A stretch of 64,000 bases of DNA from Marsupella aquatica (taxonomy: Eukaryota > Plantae > Marchantiophyta): contig OZ316893.1 of NCBI GenBank assembly GCA_973895155.1, forward strand, positions 16,770,645-16,834,644. The letters are read 5' to 3'. Shown here piece by piece: positions 39,600-53,005 of the stretch (positions within the stretch are counted from its first letter, which is position 1; every line of letters starts with the position of its first letter). The translations under genes and the position numbers were made by a program. Below the pieces are notes generated by a model. It was not told where the DNA came from, did not search any database, and was given only the letters and a program-made list of their open reading frames with translations.

Positions 39600-42500
39600 T
39601 GACTTTTAACTACACTATTTAGTCTCACACACTCTCTAGTCTCACACACTCTAATTAGTGTGAGGTTATATTTGAGGTAAGTGACAGTAATTAGGGTGTG
39701 TGACATGTCACACCATTTAGAATGGTAGTAAAGTATATCGTACTATCTAGGTATAGAGGTTTTGTATGTGTGCTATATAAGCATTTAGTGTTTAGTTTGA
39801 GTTGGTGGTAGAGGGATAGTTTTCCCCTTGTGTTGACTCAAAGGCCTCATTTTTCAATGTTGAGCCTTTGAGCACAAGCTTTGGTGGCTATGGTGTGGCT
39901 GACCAGGTTGTGTGCATGTCACATGGATTCCTTGAAGCACAAGGTGCTCAATGGCTTGACATACATATGTGATCGCATTGGATGGGATAGTTGTTCGATT
40001 TGCACCATTGAAGATTACATTGAAAGATCAGCTTTGAACTCTGGTGTACGGACTATGCAAAAAAGTTTGATTTCATTGTGGTTTTGTTGTTGACGATTTG
40101 TGGTATCTCGGATCAGGTTTGAACACATCGTTGGTATCTCGATCTGTTACAAGTTTATGTTGAGAAAGCTCTAGGGAATGCAAAGCTTTGAGTTGTTGAG
40201 TTGCAAGATTGGAGTTGTAGTTCACATCGATCGGCATTGCAGCATTTTGGAGGACTGATTGTGCGGTCGATGATCGGTAGCTATTGTCAACTATTGTGCG
40301 CGGATTGCTGAGAGTATTCGCTATAGTATTGTGAAGGCAAGTCGGTTGGACTTGTGATTGTTTGTGATTCTAGTTCGGGACGGTTCCAATTGGGAGTTGA
40401 TAGTTGACAGTTGAAGTTGTATGTTGCAGACTTGAGATTTGTCAAGGTTAAAATTGACGGATAATGCATTTCTACAAAGAAAGTGATGTTTAATGTTGGT
40501 GAATTGTGTTGCCTGCAGCGACATAACGCTCCGCGAAGAGGCGAGGTGCGGCGGTGGCCTAGGGCACAAGGAAAACAAGTGAACAATGATTTTGTCCTAG
40601 AATTGTGGTGGGGTTTTTGCAGCAAAAGGGTTGTGAAGGTCTTCCGCACGCGCGAAACATTGTTCCATTGTGGGTGCATATTGGAGACTGATCGGCTGCG
40701 GAACACCATTCTGTTGTGGTAGTTTTGGGAAGATTGGTCTGCCCCAAAACACTGTCACCCATAGGAAAGGGTTGTTTTAGCATTTGGAGGGGCCACCCAT
40801 GGATGATTACCATGAGTTTCAAAAGGCTCATTTAGTGAATATTGAGGCATGGAGACAACATTGGTCACCAAACTATGTGTCCATCACTTATGGCACAAGT
40901 GTGGTTGCCCAACCCATTGCTACAGCTACGGCTTCCTCTAGCAGCACTAGCTAGAGTGGCACTCTATCAGCATCCAACACTACTCCTATCAGTGTGATTG
41001 TGGTTGGGAGTGGAGGTACGCCAGCATTTAACCCTGTGATGAAGTTCTTTGAAGTATTGAAGCAAAACTATCAAGGTGTGAGAACTGATAAGTTGAAGGG
41101 TCTTTAGGAGTTCTAGCGCAAGGCTAGAGAGAGCCTACGTGAGGCATACACTCGTATGCAAAGGTTGATTATTGTCACGCAAGCAGTGACAAAGGCCCAA
41201 GTGGTCCAATTTTGGTATGCAAATTTGGATAGAGAATTGCGTCGTAGAGTGAGAGATGTCACTCTATTGAGGGATTCAGATCTCACATTGGCTATAGTTT
41301 TTGCACTTGCTGAGCGCATTAAGCTCAATATGGTGAATGAGAAGGTGGTGACTTATGGATTTGCCAAGGAAGCACCAAGGTTGCATCGACGCCCACACTG
41401 CAACCTATTGCACGTAAGAGCTAGAGAGAGAAGCCTACAACACGGGAATCTACTAGTCAAAGACCTATGCCCTCTTATGTTGGACAATAGTCAGGATATT
41501 GGACCTGTGGTGGGGATCATGCACAGATATTGCCCGGATAATAGAGAGCAAGAAGGGGCATCTATACCTGATCAACAACAGTGTGATCATTGTGGAGTTT
41601 CTGGACACACCAAATTTAAAGATAGATGTTTTGTACTTCATCGTAAACTACGACGGGAAGGACCACATGCATATGATCAAGGAAGAGGAGGTAGAGGTGG
41701 TGGACATGGCCGAGGCATGCCACATGCAAGAACACAAGGAGGTAATCTTGCTCCTGCCGTTACCACGGATCCTAAGTATGCAAAGGTTGCTCAATTGGAG
41801 CAACAACTAGCTACGATGGCTAGTTCTCAAGTTAGACCTACTGCTAGTGATGGGGCTTCTACATCCTATGGAGCTTCAACCCCTTATGGAGCTGATGGAG
41901 ATCTTGCCACCATGGGATTTATGTGTGGCACTGCGCATGTTGATGCATCAATAGCTTTGACTCAAGGAGTAGTAAAAGCCCTTGAGCCCCGAGAAGCAGT
42001 GGTAGAATTGGATCCTTAGAGAGGGGATGCTCGTTGTCAACAAAGCTCCCTCAATCATTTACATTGTTAGAGGCAATTAAAACTACCTCTATGAACCTGG
42101 TTTGGACTAACCCAAGCGGGGGTAAGTTGGCGGAATCAAGTGATGTTGTGATAGGGATGATAAGTACCTTGTTGGGGACGGCCACTACTATAGTGCGCAC
42201 GCCAATATTTTTAGCTATAGATATGCTGACATTAAGAGTTAGTCCAGCAGATGGGGTTCAGATTGGCGGCCACATTATGCGAGGATACTCTAGTTGTTGC
42301 TTCTTGTGCAGAAGCAACGCCCAGTCCTGAAGCAGTGGAGTTGAATCCACCTATTGCCAGTGGTGAGACATGGCATGCAGCAGCGGCAAGGTTGATAGAT
42401 TTACCAGCGTGCCCTGCCTATGAGAGGACTAGGTTTAAACCTAGTGTCATATCATTGGATAATTGGAGTGGTATCTTCTGATTAGTTGGGCCTTCTCAAA

Positions 42501-43518
42501 CAATATACCAGCCAGAGGAAGTGTTACTAGATACGGATGCTCAGCCCTTGATTTTGGGTAAGTCTACAATAAAAGGATTGGGGTTGCGTCCTGATGATTT
42601 GGAGGAGTGTCCCTTTCCCATTTAGACTTCATTGGGGAGACCTACACCTACACAACATATCACTTGACGAACACTTGAACTTAGGATTCAAGAGGATCAC
42701 AAAGGATAATTCATGGATCCAAACTCGTGCTATTTTGACTAAGGCTGAGTCATATGATGTCTTGGTGGGATGTACAGCTCTCTATCCTATGGGATTTGTT
42801 CTTGATTTTTGGAATGAAGTGGTGTCGTACTGGCTTGATTGGAAATCTGGAGATGCTCAATTGAGCCAATTGCCAGTGCAATTTAGTGGACCTGTTGGAG
42901 GCCCTAAATCTGCACCATTGTCTTTGGCAACATTTAATTAGTAGTGTGATTATTGGAACTGATGATTTGATTGAGGGTAACGAACATGCAATAGATGTTC
43001 TTGTATGGAGGCACATGAGGAACACTTGATGCATGGATTGCCTATTGATAATGTTGTAACACCAGTATGGGGTACTGGACAGGCCTTGCCACAAAGTGCA
43101 GCCCAATTGATACATGATGCATGGCGTCATGCTTTTACATCACAATTAGGAGCAGAGCAGTCAATTGCACAATGGACTAGTGACTCTTTCACCACTAGAT
43201 ACTACTCCTATTGCATGGCAATATCCACATGAGGGTATTTGTTTGTTGGATTTATTTGGTGGAATTAGCACAGGATTGGCTGTCATTCTTCAAGTCGGCA
43301 TTCTTGTGCGTCATTATTTGTATGTGGAGAGTGATGAGACAATTCGTCAAGTCTCATTACGTCATGTGGCATTGTTAGGCATTACCTACAGTTGTTGCCT
43401 TGCCAGTGAGGGCCGTTCATGGTTATCAACGTACATTACCAGCTGATATTTCACTGTTGGGGGCGGATCATTTGGATTGCGTTGGCCCCATTGATTTAGT
43501 GATTGCAGGTTGGCCATG
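39600..43518 (+). mobile_element. Degenerate Ty3/gypsy-type retrotransposon with gag, protease and a cytosine methyltransferase; left boundary approximate
   Basis: Candidate LTR end ...TTAGCA (40782) followed by TT and PBS-like TGGAGGGGCCACCC. gag-like ESLREAYTRMQRL..QFWY, knuckle CDHCGVSGHTKFKDRC, protease VLLDTDAQ (42521) and YDVLVG, then DNMT motifs. Confidence 0.7.
43231..43518 (+). pseudogene. C5 cytosine DNA methyltransferase N-terminal half (motifs I-IV), truncated by an insertion
   Basis: Motif I LLDLFGGISTG, motif II YLYVESD, then after a frameshift motif III PADIS and motif IV GPIDLVIAGWPC. Confidence 0.85.
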
Positions 43519-46500
43519 TGTGATGCCTAGCCAGGAATCACTAGGCCAATAAGATGGTAAACCCGGGTGGTATATACTAAATCACATTAGTATAAGGAGG
43601 AAAAACAGGAATTAAAATATAAACAATTAAGGGTAACCATGGAACCCGAGTTGAGGCCGGAAGTAAGGGTGCAGCGGCAACCAACGAGGCACAATTAGGG
43701 TTAAGGTATGCTAAGTACAGGCGGCTATGGGTAATCAACGGACAGTCAGGCAACGGCAGCTAGGAGGGGGGAAAGGATTGTTCACCAAGGATGGCAACTC
43801 ATTTGCAAACATTGATCAAGCAAGGGATTGTAACAACTGTCAACTGCTTAGACAAATATTGTGGGTGGAAGCAAATACAAGATGGGAATGAGCAATGTCA
43901 ACCAAGCCGCACATTTTTGGGGATGCCTGTTCGAACGGGCAACTAAGTACATTGGAACATACGAGGATGAGGAGTTGGAGAGAGCAGCCCAAGAACAACA
44001 GCAGATTGCTTGGCTGTGAAAACTCCATAAGTATGCCTTCCTCGGAGGAGAGCTCATCAAGGCTGAATTTTTGTGGACGCCTACTACCAACCAGCACGAC
44101 AACCTCTTATTTTGTAAGAGCATAATCGTTGGCATCCAGGAGGCCATCAACCATTGCAATGATGAACATTGGGACTTGAAGGGTTGTATGGAGGCGTGGA
44201 CAAAAGAAACAGTGTTGGGAAAATTGTCAAGAGCGGCCAAAATAAAGAGAAAGATGACCAACAACAAAGAAGCCACACCAGCCAAGAGAACAAGGTTGGC
44301 AACGTCTAGAAAGCTGGCCAAGCAGGGGAACTAGAGATAGGAGGAGGCCAAGGAACCAGAGGTTGACCCAATCAACGCCATCCCTACAAGGGATGATACA
44401 TGGAAGGGTTGGGCGACGGTCATACCGCAGGCAGTGCAATTATATTTTGCACGAGAAGAGGATGCATGTTTTACAGCCATGCAGTCTTGAAAGTACCAAG
44501 GCTTCATGGCCGGATTTGGCTTGGAGACCTTTGTTAGATTACCGTGGCTCAAGCCGGAGGTGTTGGATCATGGGATCACAAGGAAAATGTAACCAGGGTA
44601 TATGGGAGGGAATTCTATCTCATTCCCAAGGTGATTGCCAAAGTATTTGGCTTGCCGATAGGCAATAAGACCAAGGTAGACACCCGGAAGAACTTGTTGG
44701 ATAAGGAGTTTAGGTCATTTCCTAGGCCATCAATGAAGAATGGCTTCTACTAGAACACATGCACCAACCCGCACATTGGAGAAATGATTGATTTCTTGCG
44801 AATGACAATGCATTGCAATTTGGCAAGGCTGGAGATTGGCAAGGCACAAGTCTACCTGGCAGAGAGGCCAGACCCAAGCCAGGACTACAACGAGTACCTC
44901 CTCACCCAATTGAAGAAGATCTTGAAGGAGGAACAACAAGTGATAGGCCAGAGTCGCGGAACTCGACTACCTTAACACTTAGCTCCGGCATCGCTGACTC
45001 CGACGCTGAGCTCGCTTATGGTCCAGGCCCGGATAGGCCATCCGGGGTGGACTTAGCATAGGGAGACTTGTGGGCAATGAGACGTGGCACTAGCAAGGCA
45101 AGGAGCCAAGCTAGGGGCACACACTAAGGACTCGGACTAGCCGATGGCTGGTTGGGTCAAGGGGAAATGGGCCGGGCTCAAGGATGGCCATCCGGACCTC
45201 CAGATGGACTTTGAGTTCTGAGGACTTGGGAGTGAGCTCCTCTTGGGCCCAAGGCCAATGGAGTTGACACCATTGGCAACGGACGCTTGGGGTGCAAGTT
45301 GTGGCCCGATCCGAGTTGGGTCAGTCGGGGGCCCCAAGCGGCGATCAGACCTGAGGGCCTAGGCATGAGCGCACTGGGTCGGCCCGGTCACAACAGGCTA
45401 AGGCACTCTGCTTGCGGATGCCTATCAAGAAAGTTATGGGAGTTGCTAGTTGGTGGCGCGCCCATTATGCGCGATAGGATCCGGGTTGGGGGCCAAATGA
45501 TTAGGGACCAAAGTTGGTCCGGGGGTGGGAGGTCTCCAGAAGCATATATGAGGGGAGTGGTGTCTCCCTAGGGGCCAAGGGCGAGCCGAAGTCATGAGCC
45601 ACGGTGGTCGCGACACTATGGGAAACCGCCAAACAAAAATGGCGATATCTTCCCAACGAAAGTCCGTTGGAGGACTTCTTAGGTGCGTTGGAAATCTCTT
45701 GAGAAGGGCTATGCCCTCCTGAGCTCAACTGGGTCTGGGGGTGCCCTAGGTTCTTGTGGTTGGCGGGTGTTAGCTCGCCCGCTTGCCAAATCCTGCCGAA
45801 TAGCAACCAAGCCACGTTCGGTCTCCCAAGGGAGCTTGCATTGGGGAGGCAAGGCCAAGTAGGTGTGGAGGTTGAGTTCCAAGGGTGCTCGGCTCCTAGA
45901 CCACCAGTGGGGCAAACCAGGAGCGGTTGCTAGAGTCGGGGCCATTCTGGTCCCAACGTGTCAGGGCGGTCAGGGCGGTCAGTTGGTGATGGATAGATAC
46001 AAGGGGGAACCCAGGCCGCACCCAAGGAAGGAGCTGTTTTGGATGAACAGTGGGCGTGGGTTCTGGTTCCGGCTTATGGCATTGGGAGGACCTATCATTG
46101 ACCTATTTACCAACGTCTGTTGAGCTTGAGTTAGGATGCTAGACTTGTTGAGTTCTATATCTTGAAGGGTTACTTACCGAGGTGCTTGGTTGCTTGTGCA
46201 GATAGGGAGGACCGTTGAGTAGCAGTCGTGTTAGAGAGCAAGTGTGGCTTTGTATGGGAGGGGCTGCTGGCGGTGCAAGGGGCACTAGGTTGCTTGCTCG
46301 AGGTATTCCGTGGAGGCGTTCGGGCACCAAGGGCACTTAGGCGTGAGTGCTGGGATTGGTGAGGGCGCTGGGTGGTAAGGTCCACCACTGCCAGGGGAGT
46401 GTGTCCCGACTTGATTATCACATGCCACTATTGTGCCAATACGCCCGGAGTCAGACCTTTGCACTAGTACTTTCCCTACAGGCAAGGGCACCAAAAGAGG

Positions 46501-48182
46501 AGTTGGAGCAGAGGCCGGCAGCAAGGAAGCCCAAATCGCCTGACAACCCCACAATAGAGCAGATCTTTAGGCCGAGGCCGGAATCCACGCCAATGGAGCA
46601 ACCAGCCATGCAAGACCTTCTGCAAATTAGCAGAAGGAGAAGCCGGCAGCTGTAGCGTAGGTACCGGTATAGGGCATTGTTCAAGAGGCAAGCATAGGAA
46701 GGCCCACAAGAGTAGATCCCTTTGTCGCGGCCGCGCAGGGTAGGAGGCAAGAAGACAAGCCTGAAGTGTGGATGTACGTGGGAGCCTCAAGTCTGGAACC
46801 TGAGGGACAAGGGCCCAAGGTTCCGAGTCACAATGGGGAGAGGCAAAGGCGGGCGTGGGAGCAGGAGCAAAGGCCAACACCCATGCGCAGCTTTCAGCAG
46901 GAGGCCTCGTTCACAGCTAGTTCTCAAGATGACCCGGAGGAACCGGTACTCCAAGCCGGCAGGGAGGGCATGGAGGACTACAATGATGAGGACTTTGGCT
47001 ACGGGTTGGATTGTCCTATACCAGGGGTGAGGACTTGTGGCCGGTTCATCCCCACATTGCCGAGAGTGGTTTGTGAGGACCCAAGACAACAGAGAAGCCC
47101 GAAGTCTCCCCCACCAGACGTCCCTCCTCCAAATTACGATGGGATGAAACAGGCCGCATAGGAGTTGCAAGAGCGACTCAAAGATCTGGTGGAGGCAACC
47201 CTAGCCAAGGAGAAGGATTTACTAGGGGGAGGATGACCATAAGACATTTGGCAGCTTGCCAAAGAACAAGCCGCCCCCTACCCACGTTTGACGAGGTTTG
47301 AAAGGTGGTGTGGGAACAAAGGCCGCGTTGGGAGATGTCGGTCTCTCCTAACCACTCCACATATGCACGTTGCAAAGCCCTGGAGTACGGGAAGATGTGC
47401 TGATTACTTGCCCTTGGCATCTTTGGGGCAGAGATGGAGACGGGGCCCTTTATCCAAAGGGAGATGTTGGATAAAATCTGGTACGTTGGAAGAAGCAGTG
47501 GCCTTGGAGAGGATGAAGAAGGAAGAGGTCATTCGGTGGCTTAGAGAGAAGGAAGCCAAGTTTGGAGATCTAAAGGCAACCAAGTAGGCTCAAGATGAGC
47601 TATGGGTTAGGAAGCATGAGCTTAGCATTGTGCAGGGGCAACTGGATACATCCAAGGCTGATAACAAGTTATTCAAGAGTAAACTTGCCCAGACCCAAGG
47701 GCAATTGGCCGAGGTGCTCAAGGAGAAGGAGAAGTGGAAGCGAGAGCTAAAAGATGTAGAGTCAACTCACATAATGATTTGCAACACGGCCATGGTGGAG
47801 GCACAGAGGAAGGAGAGGGCACTGAAGGGGGAGCTCAAAGATCTCTGCAAAGCCTTTCAACAAAAGAATGCTGAATTGGATAGGACCTACAGGGGTGTTG
47901 ATCAGCTGAAGGAGGATCTCACAACCCTGTCGGCCAACTTTCAAGCTGACCTGCATAGGAAGGACAACATGCTCGATCAAACCTATGAGAAGATGAACAA
48001 GATGCAGTTTGATGTCATCCACGAGCTCAATGCGGAGCTGAGAGCAACCCAGGAGGAGAGGGCAGCCTTACGGAAGACGTTGGACAAAAATGAGAAGGAG
48101 TTGGAGGATGCTCACGGGGATTTGGACAAGACCCAAGAGGAGTTGGAGGACACCATGCGGAAGATGGAGAACTTGCAGCGGC
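43519..48182. mobile_element. Second, older copy of the protein-coding LTR-like unit, truncated on the right
   Basis: Starts TGTGATGCCTAG like 5745. Colinear homology with 5745-8935 (LFCK.S..VGI.EAI, MIDFLR.TMHCNL, RATQEERA) with many stops. Confidence 0.88.
44952..46389 (+). mobile_element. 1,438-bp solo LTR with AG..CT termini
   Basis: AGTCGCGGA...TCCACCACT with 5-bp TSD GCCAG (44947-44951, 46390-46394). The host frame VIGQ|GSVSR is restored on removal. The 3' end matches the LTR next to the PBS at 26674. Confidence 0.88.
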
Positions 48183-51100
48183 TACCTGGGAACTCCTCAA
48201 ATCATTGTTTGTCAAGGAGTTTTGACCCATTGGAACCTCGGAGTTGGCAGTGCTGAAGTTAGGACGACTTCCCTTCAAGGAAAACAAATCCTTTAGGAAG
48301 TTCTTGCAATGCTTCCAAAAGTTGGTAAGACGTACAAAAACCAATGCATCGGAAGGTATGCAACTTCAATGGTTGGTAAATTCTTTACCGCAGAAGATGA
48401 GTTTTGCAATTAGGAAGGAGAACTTTGAGACCTTGGCCGACGCAATTAGGGATATCCAATTATATATTAATGCAGATATTACAAGCCAAAAGAAACAATT
48501 TAAATCTGAAAGCTCATCATCTAAGGAAGGATCGACCAAGAAAAAAAATTAAAAATCCTAAGAAGTCGAGAAGTGACAACTCAAGCTCGGATAGTGAAAG
48601 TAGCACTTAGAGTGAATCATCTTCTAGCTCTGAGGAAGAAAAATCTAGGAGAAAGAAAGTCAGGAGGGGGAAGTTGAAGGTCAAAATAGAGGCTAACACT
48701 CCAACTCTAGATAACCTCGTAGCTCTTACCGACCAGTTGCGGGCTATCATAGCAGAAGCTAAGCCAAAGAAGAAGGTAGTCGTTGAGGACAGCTCTGTAT
48801 GATGTGATTTATGTTACAATACCAGACACCATAAAGATGAATGTCCTAAACTAAACTCTAGTCATGTCCGGCAAGTTATCGAGACCAGGCAATGTCAAGG
48901 AGAAGTAGAGTACTTCCTAGGGGATGAAGCTAATAGCATTTTTGGCATCAATGAGACATGAGGACAAGATCTGGCCAACCGCCCTGCATCCCTCTAGTCA
49001 GGGTTAAGAAATAACCCGGGCAAGATGTATCCACAATCATCCAAAATCCATTTGTGGCTCTTGGGCCAAACGTACAGAGATTTGCGGCATGCTATAATTG
49101 TGGTCAACCTAGCCATTTTGCTAGAGAGTGCCCAAATGGAAGGAAACAAGGCGATGGGCAGCCAGCTCAGTTATGTATGCGGGTATGTATGGGATGCCAA
49201 CAGGAGGGTCACATGCTAGGACAATGTCCTACTTGGTTGGCAAGATTGGCCACAAATCACAAAATCTTGCCGGTCAAGGTCCCACCACCAGGCACTGCAC
49301 CAGGTGGAGTTCGAATCAATCACATTGAACTAGGATGGCAAACAGATGCCGAGGCCAAGTTTGGACCATCTGATGACAAAGCCGAGGCCTTATTGACGTT
49401 CTCAGAAGAGGAACTGGACCACGACTGCTACCGTGTTTCTACTCAATCAACCAGAAGGAAAGAAAGGTGGGATGGTCTGGCCAAGAACAAAGGGAAGGGC
49501 AAGGAGGAAAGGGTCGACGTACTCTTCATCAACATCAACGGAGGGAGAAGGGCTGGCAACCTAGGTAAGCCCTGAGCTCACTAGTGAGCCCAATCCTTCA
49601 CAAGATAGTGATTTCAATCGAGATCACCCCAAGTTGTTCTACCCTTCCATTACGGCCAGTGTTAAGGAAAAACTTCGGGAATTGGAAACATTGGAGAATA
49701 CCAAAGCAATAGCCAAGGATGTCAAAAGAGCCAAAGCGCTATTTGCTTTGGAGAACCCTACTTCTGTGCAACCCAGCGTTCAAAAACAAGCCAAAGCCAA
49801 GAGAGAGAAACTGGCAGAAGAGAAACCGGTAGTTCCCTATGACTTGGCTAAGGATGTACTAGAATCTAGAGTCTCGGCAACAATAGGTCAACTTTTGAAG
49901 AATAGCTTGTACTTCCAAAAACAGTTAAGGAAGGCAATACTTGGCAAGCCATGATTACCCAAGGTAGCACCCAGATCCGACATGCTGATGATAGAAGAGG
50001 ATCAAGGAGCCCCACCGCTACCATTAATGATTCAAGAAGAATTATTACTATGTGTACCCATTGATGGAGGATCAAGGGTATGTATTATGATTGATTCAAC
50101 AGCAATAGGGTGGGGTTTAACATCGGAGATAACTGGAAGAGTGTTGAACATGGCTAATGGCTATCAGGTTATTCCCATGGGAGTCCTCACTGACATTAAA
50201 ACTGAGATAGGAGGAGTCTTGTTTAGTATCAACTATGTTGTAATGAAATTGGTGAAGCCTACATCGTTCAGATTACTGATTGGCAAGCTGTGGTTCTACC
50301 TAACCAAAGTGATAGAGGATTGGGGGAAGAAAGAATTCACTTTTGAGACCCTCACTATCACGGTATCCTGGGACACCATGGATGACGGGGGGAAGAGTAT
50401 CCGAGAAGTAGACGGGTACAACAGTGGGCTAGAGTTTGCTGATTAGGTATGTTGGCTAGAATGCCTCACAGCCCTGACCAAAGAAAGTGTCTTTGGACCA
50501 GATGTACCCCCCAACGGACTTTGGCAAGAGCCAACATTTGGAGAGTAGTATGGAAGAGGAATGTGATGCAGAAGCAGAGGACTGCTTCACCATAGAGTCC
50601 ACTTTTGTAGCTTCAATTCCAGAGGAATCACCAAGGGATATTTGGTTAGATAATTTGACTAAGAGGGGAGCAGCACCTTAGGTATTGGATTTTAAATGGG
50701 CATTGTGGTAGGGCCGACAGGATCCACAATGCCGGCTATCATCAGCAACCAATTAACTGCCAAGATTTCGGCTTACGGGGCAATCACCAAGGCAAAATAG
50801 ATAGAGGCACTATTGGAAGCCGGACAAGTCCAATGGCCAAAACCTCAAGAAGCAAGAAAAGATGAGGTCAACCCTATCAACCCAGAGCCAGGTCAAAAGG
50901 AGAAGCCGACACCTAAGCTACAGAATCTGAGGCCAAACATTACGGAAGAGGTAAAGTCCTTGGACGACAAAAGAATCAAGTCAGCAGACTTGACTAGTAC
51001 AACCAAGATTCCAGTCTATGGAGGGATGAGACTTGAGAGGCTGGAAGCCAAACTAGACCCAAATTTGAAAAAATAGATTAACATGATCCAAGCACGACAA

Positions 51101-52407
51101 TACTGCAAGCTTGACCTAAGAGAAGGCAGGGAATTGAACTTGGGAAGGGATTTAGCACCTGAGCTAGAGAAGGAGATCAATGAGTTACTGATTGAATTTC
51201 AGGATGTGTTTGCATGGAGCCACCAAGACCTACAAGGAGTAGACCCAAAATTGGGGGAACACCAAATTGATCTGATGTTAGGCGCCAAATCGTTTAGACA
51301 GCCAATTTGTAGGATGAACCCTAAGTACTCCTTGATGGTCAAAGCGGAAATTGACAAACTAGTTGAAGCAAGATTCATCACCCCAGTCCTACATTTGGAC
51401 TGGGTATCCCCAATTGTGATAGTTCCCAAGAAATCTGGACCAGATGGTAAACCCAAGATACGGGTTTGTCAGGATTACAGGAAGTTAAATGAAGCCACGT
51501 TGAAGGATCATTTCACATTACCCTTTATTGATATGGTCCTAGACATGGTAGCCAGTCATGAGTTATACTCATTCATGGATGGATACTCTAGTTATAACCA
51601 AATCAGGATTAGGCAGGAGGACCAAATCAAGACGGCGTTCATCATAGAATGGGGGATTTACGTCTTCAATCAAATGTCGTTTGGACTCTGTAATGCACCA
51701 GCTACGTTCCACAGGTTGATGGTAAACATTTTTCATGACTACTTGAAAAAGTTCATGGAGATCTTCATTGATGATTTTGCAGTGTTTGGGAAAGCATCGA
51801 AACATGCTAAATACCTCAAGGAGACCTTCATGAGATTTAGGGAAGTGGGTCTCAAGTTACACCCTAATAAATGTTTCCTTGGAGTAACGGAAGGTGTGCT
51901 ACTTGGTCACAAGGTATCAAGGAAAGGTATTGAGATTGACAAAGGTAAGCTAGCAATATGGCTGGATATCATGCAACCTAAGAACATAAAGGATGTTCGA
52001 TCCTTCTTGGGGTGCATTGGCTATTATCGCAAATTCATCAAGAATTTTGCCAAACTAGCTTTACCATTGACAAATATGCTCACGGCAGGAGCAGACTTCA
52101 AGCCCACACCAAAAAAGGTGACAGCAATAGTTGAATTAAAGCAGATGCTAGTTGAGGCCCCAATCATGATAGCACCAGACTGGAACAAGGATTTTCATGT
52201 TTATGTAGATGTCTCAGGTTTTTGTATCGGTTCAGTATTGAGTCAGCTGGATGAGAACGGAAGGGACCATACCATATACTATGCAAGCCGAAAGCTTGCC
52301 GATGCCAAAGGAAATTACTCAACCACCGAAAGGGAGGCATTGGGAGTCATTTACTCCTGTAAGAAGTTTAGGCATTATCTACTGGGTTACAAGGTGATCT
52401 TTCTGTT
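48183..52407 (+). pseudogene. Non-chromovirus Ty3/gypsy (Athila/Tat/Phygy-like) gag-PR-RT-RNase H, degenerate, no integrase
   Basis: Knuckles CYNCGQPSHFAREC and CMGCQQEGHMLGQC, VPIDGGS protease, DVFAWS, WVSPIVIVPKK, DGYSSYNQI, FGLCNAPATF, FIDD, YVDVSG, YSTTEREAL. Confidence 0.9.
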
Positions 52408-53005
52408 GCGCCCCTAACCCGGGCCTTAAATCCAGTTTAGTTCCATGGGGTGACCTCGGCCCCCAATAGGGGTGAGGGTTTGGGCAAGGAGGTGTGTAGT
52501 GGCCTCGATTAGCCCTAAGTCGGGCTAAGTCAATATACTTACTGGTATAATACTTACGCAACTCGTACTGGTCATAGGTATATTTGTTTTCCACCGCTGG
52601 AATATTCCCACAGTTAGTGACTCAAACTAACTCCCAGCTTGGGGCTTGCAAGCCATCGACGCGACAGAACCTTGTAGTATGCAATGGGTGGCAATCCCTA
52701 CCATTAGTCCGCACCCAGTACGTCCCTTGAAATGGCGCCTTTGCCCAGACAAAACATATACAACACCAGCTACACGCGATAGAATCAGAGGGAAAAGACT
52801 ACATTTACTCAGCGAAGAATCAGTTTACATAGTTGACTCGACTTCTAAGGGGGTCAACAGGCCCAATGGCAGTCGATGCCTAGTCTCTACGAGGCCCCGC
52901 CCGCGCTTTCCTAGCAAGCTCGACTCTGGCTCTCACTCTTTAGTGCACTCTGACCCTGCTCAGGCCGGGACTCCACGTGCCTCGCCTTTTCTTGCGCTGA
53001 GATAA

